63,724 nucleotides of DNA, from assembly GCA_038525605.1 (NCBI GenBank), contig JBCBHL010000001.1, forward strand, positions 1-63,724, read 5' to 3'. Shown here piece by piece: positions 10,801 through 20,188 of this stretch; position 1 is the first letter of the stretch; every line of letters begins with the position of its first letter. Both the position numbers and the translations under genes were made by a program. The notes below the pieces were generated by a model. The model saw only the letters and a program-made list of their open reading frames with translations, made no database searches and was not told the DNA's origin. The DNA comes from Bacteroidota bacterium (GTDB lineage Bacteria; Bacteroidota; Bacteroidia; Cytophagales; Cyclobacteriaceae).

Positions 10801-11546
10801 AAAAAATAGCCATTTCCGGCCATTCTTACAGCGTAAAGTATGATCAGTAAGGCTATGATAGAAATTCCAACGCTGTACAATAAAACGGTTATCCAATTAA
10901 TATAGGCAGGCACCCATTCTTTGGATTCAGTACCAATAATTGAAAACAGATACGCACCCTTATAGTTTACCTGATTTTCCTTTTTAGAATGGTAAAGTTC
11001 AAAATTTTGTCCTGGGAAAACATCTTCATTGAAGCCAGAATTGAGGTATTGATTTTCAAAAGGAAACTGTTGATACAACTGTAGAACTGCGAAGACTTCT
11101 CTGTTCTCAGCAATTTCTCTTCTCTTAATGATATATTTATTGCCGTTGTAAGTAAAATAATTAAACTGATCGCTTTTCGGTAGTTTGTGATAAGGGACAA
11201 TCGTTTTAAAATCTGTCCAATACTTCAGTTCCTGCTTTTCATAGTAAAACAAGTTAAACCGTTCGTTGAATCTGGAATCCTGACCTATCGTCCTGAAATC
11301 GTAAGATTCAGCACCATATTCTTCAATTCTTTTTTCCATCGACTGAAGAATAGGATTTATCTGATCTTCCACTACCTGAGCTACAAAACAAGGGTTATTT
11401 TTAATGCTCAATCCATAGCGATTGACAACAAAGGCCAGGATCAGAAAGGCAATTAATGAAATCCACAAATAACCGAATGGCTTTCTGAAAATTTCATCTT
11501 TAACTACTACAATCGATCTTGAAAATAGGCTTTTTTTACCCTGCAT
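7845..11546 (-). CDS. Large multi-pass membrane sensor histidine kinase (HAMP-HisKA-HATPase_c)
   Basis: 1233 aa with many predicted TM helices in the N-terminal two-thirds. H-box QQVAHEIKNPLTPM, N-box LINALQS, G-boxes DNGAGIP and GSGIGLAIAK. No response regulator gene is adjacent. Confidence 0.85.
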   Translation of the reverse strand: MQGKKSLFSRSIVVVKDEIFRKPFGYLWISLIAFLILAFVVNRYGLSIKNNPCFVAQVVEDQINPILQSMEKRIEEYGAESYDFRTIGQDSRFNERFNLFYYEKQELKYWTDFKTIVPYHKLPKSDQFNYFTYNGNKYIIKRREIAENREVFAVLQLYQQFPFENQYLNSGFNEDVFPGQNFELYHSKKENQVNYKGAYLFSIIGTESKEWVPAYINWITVLLYSVGISIIALLIILYAVRMAGNGYFFLGLLLLVFGLGGMRYVMIAREFPFKVLNIGIFNPVNFTDGFLNPSMGDLFLNLLTGLIIILYVQYGLRFSLLLKKFLISKSVILWVAVCSIMTFLSLISFRYIYYITRNILSNSQIELDIVSSISFDELRITALIVFIIAGLIFFFIQYFSLKLLKRLYQLSGWALVVSVGISLTAYNYYNTKHFWVFVLLLGGFWLFSANFKAIRYLGKVRYLTFLYFFLAAIITSVLGSFAIYKQFEFDEETEKRKFANNLLIERDIMGEYLLSQTIERIKKNDFLATRMYSDQLAKGKIAETINKHYLVDYFDRYHGKVHLFNALGEPFSQNEFEMNFEDFLEAKIGDSGKTDYPNIYYVKKTGVQDRYFVAIPINRFSRLLGTIVIELTLKRYVSRSVYSELLVENKYSGASSTKFDYAYYENDKVLMKVGNFNFERNFDTKYFDDRKIFGSGIEVGDYHHFGVDTKSGKKIVITSPNYKFTNILSNFSFLFLMHIMGITLIIFVYRYFFSSGRGQFYFSTKIQLYLGASFFIPLFIVSVAILNSLNSSYKAEINKSYQKRASRIEENINDLLEQFFDGRMNENAVSLRLSNISEIVQNEVYIYDMKGNLVVFSQPHIYDLEILSHQINPIALMEIIYNNKERVVLNESIGNLEYKTSYLSIKDTKTNELIGLMGMPFFESKNHLKRQQIEVFTSLINIFILIFIVSLVVAYFAVKILTDPLKLLTQKIKKTSFSDLNQPLEYESKDEIGILVDEYNQMLRKFEESKKALARSEKEAAWKTIAQQVAHEIKNPLTPMKLTLQQMQRVIDSDDRLHRSINNLLLQVDTLSDIATSFSTFAKMPIPESQPFNIVGVLKESVRLFENEHGNITDNFSADELVVVGDSKLTGRIFNNLLINALQSVPEEREPEVSVELKHSDKKVKLSISDNGAGIPEEFHNKIFIPNFTTKIKGSGIGLAIAKRGIEHAGGSIWFDSSEEGTTFYIEWPLSKQ

Positions 11547-11688
11547 TATTCATTTTTCTAAGTGCCTTGACAGCATCAGTACCATAGAATAAATAAAGAT
11601 AGGTGAATATCAGAAAAGATTCAGCGATAACCTAAATTCAATACACTTATAGTTGCTGTCAAATTTATACAGCAAGTATCGAACCAGT

Positions 11689-12084
11689 TTATCTGGATTG
11701 CGGGACACTATATCGCGAATCGTATTTTATACCACCAAATACATGTAAAAATATGATTCTTGAGTATCGGAATACGATAGGGTATAAAAGAATAGAGGTA
11801 ATTGCTACACTGGTGATATACACCCAAATATCCGGATCCGAGAATAGAAAATATAAAACGAAGGTGTTGACCAACAAAATGGCAACTGAAAATGCATAGC
11901 TGACAAACATAGCGCCAAAATAAAATCCCGGTTCTATTTCAAACTGTAGTCCACAGGATTCGCACTGTCTTGGCATGCTGGAAATCTTATTAATCACAAA
12001 GGTACCGTGAGTAAACATATCTCCCTGTCTGCAACGGGGACACTTACCTTTTAAGCCTGCTGATAATGCTGAAATCTTTGTCAT
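11689..12084 (-). CDS. DUF983-like membrane protein (Zn-ribbon CPRC...CESC plus 2 TM), commonly found at cox loci
   Basis: 131 aa with CPRCRQG...CESCG cysteine pairs followed by two hydrophobic helices. It lies at the distal end of the oxidase cluster. Confidence 0.55.
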   Translation of the reverse strand: MTKISALSAGLKGKCPRCRQGDMFTHGTFVINKISSMPRQCESCGLQFEIEPGFYFGAMFVSYAFSVAILLVNTFVLYFLFSDPDIWVYITSVAITSILLYPIVFRYSRIIFLHVFGGIKYDSRYSVPQSR

Positions 12085-12349
12085 TCAATTTGCTGTTCTT
12101 ATACCAAAAATAGCCAATAATAGCCACCAATATATAAGGTGTGAAAAATAGATATAATATTCCTGTGTTCAAATATGCAGCCACTGTTGTTTCACCATGA
12201 CTTACATTGTTAACAATTGTTGTTCTACACATAGCACATTGACCGTAACTGACTACTGTCGCGGCAATGAGCATTAGCATGGTCATCAAAATCTTTTTGA
12301 ACATATTACTGTAACGTTTAAGACACTTATAAAATTCAATTTTTATCAA
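12044..12349 (-). CDS. Hypothetical small membrane protein
   Basis: 101 aa with two hydrophobic segments and a CAMC motif. It overlaps the next ORF by 41 nt, so one of the two start or stop assignments is uncertain. Confidence 0.35.
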   Translation of the reverse strand: MIKIEFYKCLKRYSNMFKKILMTMLMLIAATVVSYGQCAMCRTTIVNNVSHGETTVAAYLNTGILYLFFTPYILVAIIGYFWYKNSKLNDKDFSIISRLKR

Positions 12350-12921
12350 TAATACGGACTAATTAATACGTATGTCAAAACACCAGTCACTGAAACGTAA
12401 AGCCATATCGGAAATGTAAATTTCACCAGTTTCTTGTGTTTCTCGATTTTATCAGTCAATGCAAAGTAAAATGCCATCAGTACGAAAGGCACTACAATAA
12501 TTGATAATAATATATGGGATAATAAAATGAAATAGTAAAAATACCTGATTCCACCTGCAGCCAAACTTTCCGCATCACTCAGAACTCCGTCACCATTTAA
12601 ATCTCCAAATTTTGTACTTGGCACGGTTAGATGATAAAGAATATAGGATACCAGGAACACTGCACCAAGAAAAAAGGCTGACATCATTAGTTTCTTGTGC
12701 AATTCTATGTTTCCTTTTTTCACTGCAACCAAAGCAGATATCAGCAAAAGCGATGTTGCAGAATTAATCAAAGCGTTAAAAGCAGGAAGATTTTTCACCC
12801 AATCTCCAAGGAAATTCTCCTTCTGTGGAAGGAATATCAATACAGCTACCGCCAACGGAATGACAACCGATACGATTGCAATTATTCTTACCGAACTTTT
12901 ATGATTAGTAGCAAGATTCAT
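12346..12921 (-). CDS. DUF420-like membrane protein (cytochrome oxidase-associated)
   Basis: 191 aa, about 4-5 TM helices, in the cox cluster context with start/stop overlaps to both neighbours. The family assignment is from memory of typical Bacteroidota cox loci. Confidence 0.55.
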   Translation of the reverse strand: MNLATNHKSSVRIIAIVSVVIPLAVAVLIFLPQKENFLGDWVKNLPAFNALINSATSLLLISALVAVKKGNIELHKKLMMSAFFLGAVFLVSYILYHLTVPSTKFGDLNGDGVLSDAESLAAGGIRYFYYFILLSHILLSIIVVPFVLMAFYFALTDKIEKHKKLVKFTFPIWLYVSVTGVLTYVLISPYY

Positions 12922-13433
12922 TATTCGTATTTATTTAATATATCCAGTTCAATTATTAATCGGTCTACTTCACCTCTGTCGATTTCATAGCTTCCCCTGA
13001 GTTGCTTGTTTTTATCAAACAACAGGAAATAATTCACATTGTCATTCAATTCAAGGCAACTTAAAGACATTGTATTTTCATAGTTGAAGGCACTGATATT
13101 TTTAAATTTCCAATCAACGGTTACTTTTTCATCACTGAGGATCGAATACCTAAAACCGTTTACATCTTTATACCGTTGTGCCACACGCTTTAATTGATCT
13201 ATTTCAATACTGCAGCCTACTTTTTCGCAGGTTGTATTCTTCAGGAACAACAAATTGATATCATCAGTCAGTACATTGACCAATGTCGAGTCGCACAGTG
13301 CAACTGCTTCGGTATTTTTCAGCAAAGGAATTTCAAACTTATTCTCTCCGAAAAATTTCAAAAAGAGAAAAGTCGCTACCGGAAGCAAAAACAACAAAGA
13401 CAATGTGGCTACTTTATACTTACTATTCATCAC
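12921..13433 (-). CDS. SCO-like / thioredoxin-fold protein (putative copper-delivery or assembly factor)
   Basis: 170 aa with an N-terminal anchor. FLKNTTCEKVGC sits where SCO proteins carry CxxxC, and the context is a cox cluster. This is a weak assignment. Confidence 0.35.
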   Translation of the reverse strand: MMNSKYKVATLSLLFLLPVATFLFLKFFGENKFEIPLLKNTEAVALCDSTLVNVLTDDINLLFLKNTTCEKVGCSIEIDQLKRVAQRYKDVNGFRYSILSDEKVTVDWKFKNISAFNYENTMSLSCLELNDNVNYFLLFDKNKQLRGSYEIDRGEVDRLIIELDILNKYE

Positions 13434-13502
13434 AGTTCATAAAAAAAATCATGCCCGTTAATCAGACATGATTTATTAATATTTTGTTCTATCCAAATGT
13501 TT

Positions 13503-13838
13503 TTAAAACAATTGATCATATATCGCTGAACCCTGGTATAGGAAAATAAACAACATAAAGACAATGAATATAACCGGTAAAAGTATTGACCAGATCAAAG
13601 ACTTTCTTTCATGACTTAGGTGCATAAATTCACCTACAATGTAGAAAGCTTTTACAATTGTCAACGCAATGTAAATATATACTTTCACTGGTTGAGCCAG
13701 GATAGAAGTAGGAATTGCCAGTGCAATTATAAACTCTACAGCTGTTACTGCTGCTAATATCAGCATCACCTTCCAGATTTTCCAGATTTTTGCCTTATCA
13801 GCTGGAATTGGGGTTACTTGTGAAGTTTCTTGTTCCAT
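13503..13838 (-). CDS. Cytochrome c oxidase subunit IV (bacterial small subunit)
   Basis: 111 aa with three TM helices, immediately after the subunit III genes. Confidence 0.65.
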   Translation of the reverse strand: MEQETSQVTPIPADKAKIWKIWKVMLILAAVTAVEFIIALAIPTSILAQPVKVYIYIALTIVKAFYIVGEFMHLSHERKSLIWSILLPVIFIVFMLFIFLYQGSAIYDQLF

Positions 13839-13859
13839 AATTAAAAATGCTTTTATTAA

Positions 13860-14645
13860 TTAAACCAAATAAAAGAAGGTAAAAACAAATACCCAAACAA
13901 GGTCGACAAAGTGCCAGTAGAGACCAACTTTCTCAACCATTTCATAATGTCCTCTTCTTTCCAGAATTCCGACGGTCGTTTGATAGAATATAATAAAGTT
14001 CAGTACAACACCACTAAATACGTGGAATCCGTGAAAACCAGTTATAAAGAAGAATAATGCCGCGAAATTCGGAGGCCCGTATTGATTCATTGAAAGATTT
14101 GCACCAAAAAATACTGATCCATCAAAAAGCTTAACACCAGTATATTGGAAACCATTAGGGTTAACACCTTGTACACCCTCTATAAAGTGTGACCACTCCC
14201 ATGCCTGACAGCTTAGGAAAGTGATACCACCTAATAAGGTCCAAAGCATCCATTTTTCTACAGCTTTTCGGTCCATTCTATGACCCGCTTCCACTGCCAG
14301 TACCATTGTTACACTACTGAAAATCAGAATAAAAGTCATGATCCCCACAAACACCAGTGGTGCATGGTCTACGCCAATTGCGTGACTGCCAGGAAATGCA
14401 TTGAAAACAAAATCTGGTAAAGGCCAGTAATCCTGTGAATATACAAAATCACCTATGTCTCCATCAAATGCAGGAAATTTAAATCTGATTAAACCATACG
14501 TTATCAATAGTGCAGAAAACGTAAAAGCATCTGACAACAAGAAAAACCACATCATCAGCTTACCGTAGCTAGCCTTCATAGGTTCGGCTCCACCGCCCCA
14601 TGTATTGGTATTTTTGTCATCAACAACTACTGCAGTACTTGCCAT
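13860..14645 (-). CDS. ctaE: Cytochrome c oxidase subunit III
   Basis: 261 aa polytopic protein with heme-copper oxidase subunit III-type C-terminal blocks (FFFITGFHGFHVFSGV, YWHFVDLVWVFVF). Confidence 0.85.
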   Translation of the reverse strand: MASTAVVVDDKNTNTWGGGAEPMKASYGKLMMWFFLLSDAFTFSALLITYGLIRFKFPAFDGDIGDFVYSQDYWPLPDFVFNAFPGSHAIGVDHAPLVFVGIMTFILIFSSVTMVLAVEAGHRMDRKAVEKWMLWTLLGGITFLSCQAWEWSHFIEGVQGVNPNGFQYTGVKLFDGSVFFGANLSMNQYGPPNFAALFFFITGFHGFHVFSGVVLNFIIFYQTTVGILERRGHYEMVEKVGLYWHFVDLVWVFVFTFFYLV

Positions 14646-14666
14646 AGAAATTAAAAGGTTAAAATT

Positions 14667-15257
14667 CTAATTATTAAGTTCCAAAAATAAGTATAAATAC
14701 AACCAAAGTCCACCCAAAAAATGCCAATAAGTTGTCAGCATCTCCATTTTTGTCATACTTTTTGAATGTACTTTGTATCTAAATGAAGCTATCAGCATGA
14801 CAATCAGGAAGATAACTCCGGTTAATAAATGAAAAATATGTAGTCCTGCGAATACATAAATAAATGAAGAAGCTGCATGACTGCCTGTAAAGTACATATT
14901 TTGATTTACCTGCAAATCAACAGCTGCCAGGTATTGCGCATATATAAATGCAGCAGACAACATTGATGTAACCACCAATGCCAACCTATTTTGTAACAGA
15001 TTATTCCACTTTGCAGCCAAATATGCCCAATGCATGCTTACACTACTCACCAGAATAATTACTGATGAATAGATGAACATATCAGGAAACATGATGATGG
15101 GCCAGTTACCATCAGATTGTTTTACAATATAGGCACTTGAAAGTGCTATAAAAATCATCACAACAGACACTATGATTAACCACATCATAAATTTGCGAGG
15201 ATCCATTGCCCTCACATTTCTTGCTATCGGTTCGTTGATTGACATGTCTTTTATCAT
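14667..15257 (-). CDS. Cytochrome c oxidase subunit III family protein (second, shorter paralog)
   Basis: 196 aa with GLHIFHLLTGV and TYWHFLGGLWLYLY blocks typical of the subunit III family. Confidence 0.75.
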   Translation of the reverse strand: MIKDMSINEPIARNVRAMDPRKFMMWLIIVSVVMIFIALSSAYIVKQSDGNWPIIMFPDMFIYSSVIILVSSVSMHWAYLAAKWNNLLQNRLALVVTSMLSAAFIYAQYLAAVDLQVNQNMYFTGSHAASSFIYVFAGLHIFHLLTGVIFLIVMLIASFRYKVHSKSMTKMEMLTTYWHFLGGLWLYLYLFLELNN

Positions 15258-15261
15258 CTTC

Positions 15262-16149
15262 TTATAATTTATCTAATAAAAAGGCTATCTGAACGATCGG
15301 TAAGTACAGAAAAGAACCAAACATGATTCTCAATGCTGATTTTCTTGAGTTATCTTTCATCAACATAAATGTTTGTGAAAGGAACAAGACGCCGCAAATC
15401 GTAACCACCACTGCACTATTGATTCCTGTAATGCCCAGATAGGCAGGGAACAACCCTAACGGTAAGAGAAACAAAGTGTACGTCATAATGTTAATAGCAG
15501 TATTCAAATCTTTTTTACCACCTCCTGGCAACAATTTAAATCCTGCTTTCTTATAATCTTCATCGGAAACCCAGGCGATTGCCCAAAAGTGTGGAAACTG
15601 CCAAACAAACTGTATTCCGAATATGATAAAGGCTTCCAATGAAAAACCACCGGAAACTGCAACCCATCCAATCAAAGGTGGTAAAGCACCCGGAATTGCA
15701 CCAACAAATACCGCAATTGGCCCAACCCTTTTTAACGGTGTATAAACGTAGCTATATAAAATTGTAGAAATCAACGTTAAAAGGACCGTCAATGGATTAG
15801 TAAAGATGTACAGTAACGCCACCCCTACAATTAAACAAGCTAAAGTAAAGATGTTCGCTTCAGCTGCGTTGATTCTATTGGTAGGCATGGGTCTGCCTGC
15901 CGTTCTCTTCATAACCTTATCAAACTCTACTTCTTTTATCTGATTGATGGTCACTGATGCTCCTGAAATCAGAAACCCTCCAATACAAAATACTATAAAT
16001 GACAACCAGTCAATTGACCCGGTTGCACCAAGCATGTAACCAAAACCTGAGGAAAATGTAACCAAAAAAGACAAACGAGGTTTCATTAACTCGTAATAAG
16101 CCTTCAGTTTTTCAACTACAGAAATGTTTACAACAGAACTATTATTCAT
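15262..16149 (-). CDS. ctaB: Protoheme IX farnesyltransferase (heme O synthase)
   Basis: 295 aa UbiA-family prenyltransferase with blocks NQIKEVEFDKVMKRTAGRP and YSYVYTPLKR. It overlaps the ctaA stop. Confidence 0.9.
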   Translation of the reverse strand: MNNSSVVNISVVEKLKAYYELMKPRLSFLVTFSSGFGYMLGATGSIDWLSFIVFCIGGFLISGASVTINQIKEVEFDKVMKRTAGRPMPTNRINAAEANIFTLACLIVGVALLYIFTNPLTVLLTLISTILYSYVYTPLKRVGPIAVFVGAIPGALPPLIGWVAVSGGFSLEAFIIFGIQFVWQFPHFWAIAWVSDEDYKKAGFKLLPGGGKKDLNTAINIMTYTLFLLPLGLFPAYLGITGINSAVVVTICGVLFLSQTFMLMKDNSRKSALRIMFGSFLYLPIVQIAFLLDKL

Positions 16150-17210
16150 GATGTTAAAATCCGTTTAGACGAACTCAATAATTTTAAATTCAAATACGCA
16201 TAAAACTGCACCCCAAAAATAAGGGTAGCAACCAGTAAATGCAAAGGTTGGAGAAATCCGGGGATAGCAAAATAAGCCATCAACGCACCAGACAATACCT
16301 CCAAAATGATCAATACAACTAATGTTTTAAACATTAGGTTTAAACTGTTGTCAAAGTCTTTATACTTCTTCAACAGATACACCATCCAGATGTGCAGACC
16401 TAATATCAGTAAAGAGTAAGTCCTGTGAATGTAGAAAGACAATCCCAGTTCATCAACCCACAAGGATCTGTCGGCAATTTCTTTAGCAATCAAATCAATT
16501 GACTCCCTTACCTGAGTTCCAAGAAATATCTGTACTACAAACAAGAGCATTCCTGTTAACATTAGGTTTGATAGTAACAGACTTCCATTGCCAGATGAGT
16601 TTGTTGAATTTCCAGCCTGATCTCTGTTAATGTAAACCATGTAGATAAGCACGCAAACCAACAGCAACGCCAATCCCATGTGTACGCTGATTGTTCCTGG
16701 TAAAAGGTTAGTCGAAACTACAATAGAACCGAACCATCCCTGAAAAGCTACTAATATGAAAGCAAATAGCGACCAGTAAAACATTTTTCTATCACTGTTC
16801 CATAAGAACAGCGAAGCGACCAACACAGCGAAAATCAACAGGCCTATCACAACACCTATCAACCTATTGACATATTCAATCCATGTTTTGGTAGCATTGA
16901 AAGGTTCTTCTTCGAAAATAGAAGGATCGTTAGAAATCTCATTTGCCAGAGAAGTAAACCCAAAGCCATTTATCATCTTCGCGATTTTGCCGTTCTTCTC
17001 AATTCTCTTCTGCAGGTAATAAGCCTGATAGTCATCCGGTAGCTGATCTTCTGATGTAGGCGGTACTATAGAACCAAAACATTTTGGCCAGTCCGGGCAA
17101 CCCATACCAGAACCCGTACTACGAACAATGCCGCCTACCAGTATTAAAAAGTAGACGGCAATGATCGTATATATATTTAGTTTTCTAAAAGCTCTTTTAG
17201 TGACTTTCAT
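16146..17210 (-). CDS. ctaA: COX15/CtaA family heme A synthase
   Basis: 354 aa, about 8 TM helices, with a CPDWPKC motif in the first loop and conserved His in TM helices (VHMGLA, HRTYS). Confidence 0.8.
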   Translation of the reverse strand: MKVTKRAFRKLNIYTIIAVYFLILVGGIVRSTGSGMGCPDWPKCFGSIVPPTSEDQLPDDYQAYYLQKRIEKNGKIAKMINGFGFTSLANEISNDPSIFEEEPFNATKTWIEYVNRLIGVVIGLLIFAVLVASLFLWNSDRKMFYWSLFAFILVAFQGWFGSIVVSTNLLPGTISVHMGLALLLVCVLIYMVYINRDQAGNSTNSSGNGSLLLSNLMLTGMLLFVVQIFLGTQVRESIDLIAKEIADRSLWVDELGLSFYIHRTYSLLILGLHIWMVYLLKKYKDFDNSLNLMFKTLVVLIILEVLSGALMAYFAIPGFLQPLHLLVATLIFGVQFYAYLNLKLLSSSKRILTS

Positions 17211-19071
17211 CCGCTTTGGTAGGCTCAGAAACTACCTCCGATTTCGCTAACTCCTGCTCATGAGGAAGATTCGATTCAGGTGTCTGAGACAATGGAACAG
17301 TCTGTGGAATGAAATCAGACTCTGATCCTGGCTTACTATAGTCGTATGGCCATCTATACACAGCTGGAATCGCGCCAGGCCAGTTACCATGACCAGGATT
17401 GACTGGTGTTGTCCACTCCAATGTAGTGGAGTTCCAAGGATTCTGAGGAGCTCTTCTTCCTCTGAAAATACTATTGAAGAAGTTGTAAAGGAATAGGAAC
17501 TGCGCTCCGAAAGTAAGAATCGCTGCAACACTCACGAAGGTATTTAAATCACCGAAGGTACTGAATGCATCATAACTTGTAAATGCGTAATATCTTCTCG
17601 GGAATCCGGCAATACCGATGTAATGCAATGGGAAGAATACGAGGTAAACTCCCACAAATGTTAACCAGAAGTGGATGTATCCCATTCTTTCATCCAGCAT
17701 CCTTCCGAACATTTTAGGGAACCAGTGATATACACCAGCTAACAGTCCGAAGAATGATGCACTACCCATCACCAGGTGGAAATGCGCTACTACGAAATAC
17801 GTATCGTGAAGATTAATATCCAACGCAGAGTTACCAAGGAATATTCCTGTTAAACCTCCGGAAATAAAGAAGGATACTAAACCTATTGAAAACAACATAG
17901 CAGGGGTAAATACAATATTCCCACGCCAGAGTGTTGTTATGTAATTAAATGCTTTAACTGCAGAAGGTACAGCAATGATCAATGTCAGGAACATAAATAC
18001 AGACCCAAGGAATGGATTAAGTCCTGAAACGAACATGTGATGCGCCCATACAATGAACGATAAGAAGGCAATTGCCAGCATCGAACCAATCATCGCTCTG
18101 TAACCGAAGATTGGCTTTCTTGAATTGGTAGCAATGATCTCTGATGTAATACCTAATGCAGGTAATAATACAATATATACTTCCGGATGTCCTAAGAACC
18201 AAAATAAATGCTGATACAGGATCGGACTTCCTCCGATGTTTGGTAACGCTTCACCTCCAATAAATATTTCTGATAAGTAGAAACTTGTACCGAAAGATCT
18301 GTCAAATACTAAAAGTAATGCCGCAGCAACCAATACAGGGAACGATAACAAGCCAATTACAGCTGTAATAAAGAATGCCCATATTGTTAGCGGCAATCGA
18401 CTGAAAGACATACCTTTTGTCCTCATGTTGATTACAGTACTAATGTAATTTACACCTCCTAGTAATGTTGATGCGATGAAGAAAACCATCGAAACCAACC
18501 ACATGGTCATGCCGGCACCTGATCCTGAAATCGCTTCTTTGAATACACTTAACGGCGGATAAACTGTCCATCCACCAGCGGCCGGACCTGTTTCCAAAAA
18601 CAAAGAAATAAACATGATGACACTGGATAAAAAGAAAAACCAGTATGACAACATATTCATAAAGCCTGATGCCATATCACGGGCACCAATCTGCAACGGA
18701 ATCAAAAAGTTACTGAACGTACCACTTAATCCTGCTGTTAATACGAAAAAGACCATGATAGTACCGTGCATCGTTACCAGTGCAAGATAAAATTCAGGAT
18801 CTAAAACACCTTCTGCATCGATCCACTGACCAAGTATAGGTTTTAGGAATGTAAGATCGATACCCGGAAAACCTAGTTGCAGTCTAAAGATTATTGAAAG
18901 TCCGCCACCAATAACAGCCCATAAAATCCCTGTAATCAGGAATTGCTTGGCAATCATCTTGTGATCGGTAGAGAATATATATTTTTCAATAAAACCTTGT
19001 TCGTGATGATCATCATGATGATCATCGTGTGATGCAGTATTCTCTTCTAATTGTATATCAGTAATTGACAT
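17197..19071 (-). CDS. ctaD: Cytochrome c oxidase subunit I (caa3/aa3 type)
   Basis: 624 aa with canonical blocks FWFLGHPEVYI, WAHHMF and VVAHFHLVM. The N-terminus is His/Asp-rich (HDDHHDDHHE). Confidence 0.95.
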   Translation of the reverse strand: MSITDIQLEENTASHDDHHDDHHEQGFIEKYIFSTDHKMIAKQFLITGILWAVIGGGLSIIFRLQLGFPGIDLTFLKPILGQWIDAEGVLDPEFYLALVTMHGTIMVFFVLTAGLSGTFSNFLIPLQIGARDMASGFMNMLSYWFFFLSSVIMFISLFLETGPAAGGWTVYPPLSVFKEAISGSGAGMTMWLVSMVFFIASTLLGGVNYISTVINMRTKGMSFSRLPLTIWAFFITAVIGLLSFPVLVAAALLLVFDRSFGTSFYLSEIFIGGEALPNIGGSPILYQHLFWFLGHPEVYIVLLPALGITSEIIATNSRKPIFGYRAMIGSMLAIAFLSFIVWAHHMFVSGLNPFLGSVFMFLTLIIAVPSAVKAFNYITTLWRGNIVFTPAMLFSIGLVSFFISGGLTGIFLGNSALDINLHDTYFVVAHFHLVMGSASFFGLLAGVYHWFPKMFGRMLDERMGYIHFWLTFVGVYLVFFPLHYIGIAGFPRRYYAFTSYDAFSTFGDLNTFVSVAAILTFGAQFLFLYNFFNSIFRGRRAPQNPWNSTTLEWTTPVNPGHGNWPGAIPAVYRWPYDYSKPGSESDFIPQTVPLSQTPESNLPHEQELAKSEVVSEPTKADESH

Positions 19072-19083
19072 AGTTAACTCTTT

Positions 19084-20166
19084 TTAAAATGAGGAGGATG
19101 AATTTCCAACACTTTGATTATTATCAATGTTTTCAAGTTCGGCAGAAATAATAGCTACTTCTTTAAGATTTTCCGGAACCTGCGACAAATAGTCAGGATT
19201 CAACTTTAACCAGGCCTCCTGGTCTTTGTACCAATCCTTAAATTCGTCCAGTTCGTCTACCACAATAGTAGCTTTCATACCAAAGTGAGATCTTCCACAA
19301 ATTTTGTTACAAACCAACTCGAAATTGAAATCAGGATTTCCTGTTTCAATTCTCATATCAGCAGTTGATTTGGTTGGTTCAAACCAAAATTTAGTCGGTA
19401 GACCTGGTACAGCATTCATCTGCGCTCTGAATTGAGGCATATAAACACTGTGTATTACATCTCTTGCTCTAATTTTTAATAAAACCGGCTTCCCTTTAGG
19501 TATATGCAACTGATTCGAAATAAAATCATCATGTGATGCTCTGTCTTTTAAATCAATTCCTAAGTCGTTTCCAGTCTTATCGATCTTCCTATAGTCATAA
19601 TCACCTAGCTTACCGTCTTTTCCGGGATATCTGAAAGACCAACCATACTGATACCCAAAAACTTCGATTTCATATGCTTCTTCCGGAGCAGGACCGGTGA
19701 TATCAGTCCAGATTTTCCATCCAGTCAATACAAGGAAAGCTAATACAACTGCCGGTACAGCAGTCCAGATCAACTCTAATTTGTTATTGTGAGGATAAAA
19801 TGAAGCACACCTATCTTTATCATGCTGATATTTGTATGAGAAACCAAATAACAGGATGTGCGTAACTATGAATACAAAACAAGTTACTCCCATGGTCACC
19901 CAAAACCAAAAATCAGTTTCAACACCATGCTTGGAAGCAATTGGCTGAACAAACGAATCATCTAACCCACCAAATGAATAATAAAAAAAGCCACCTAAAC
20001 CTGCTATTAAAAACAGAATAAATAAAGTAGCATGCGTTTTATTAGAACTTGGTACGTTATTAGAGGATTCTCCTTTTGCAATACTTATTAAGGTAGTCAC
20101 TCTAAAGATTGTATAAACAATCGCTATGATTAAAACTACCGCTACAATTATTACTAAATTAAACAT
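19084..20166 (-). CDS. ctaC: Cytochrome c oxidase subunit II (CuA)
   Basis: 360 aa with an N-terminal TM hairpin and CuA ligand pattern DVIHSVYMPQF ... CNKICGRSHFGM (H...CxxxCxxxH..M). Confidence 0.9.
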   Translation of the reverse strand: MFNLVIIVAVVLIIAIVYTIFRVTTLISIAKGESSNNVPSSNKTHATLFILFLIAGLGGFFYYSFGGLDDSFVQPIASKHGVETDFWFWVTMGVTCFVFIVTHILLFGFSYKYQHDKDRCASFYPHNNKLELIWTAVPAVVLAFLVLTGWKIWTDITGPAPEEAYEIEVFGYQYGWSFRYPGKDGKLGDYDYRKIDKTGNDLGIDLKDRASHDDFISNQLHIPKGKPVLLKIRARDVIHSVYMPQFRAQMNAVPGLPTKFWFEPTKSTADMRIETGNPDFNFELVCNKICGRSHFGMKATIVVDELDEFKDWYKDQEAWLKLNPDYLSQVPENLKEVAIISAELENIDNNQSVGNSSSSF

Positions 20167-20188
20167 AAGCTATACGCAGATTTCCTTT

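Noticed and set aside
18985-19050. His/Asp-rich N-terminus of CoxI (HDDHHDDHHE) and the His-rich loop of ActF (21385-21430) as possible metal-binding novelties
   Set aside because: These are short low-complexity segments in otherwise canonical subunits. They are plausible but not distinctive enough to claim a function from sequence alone.
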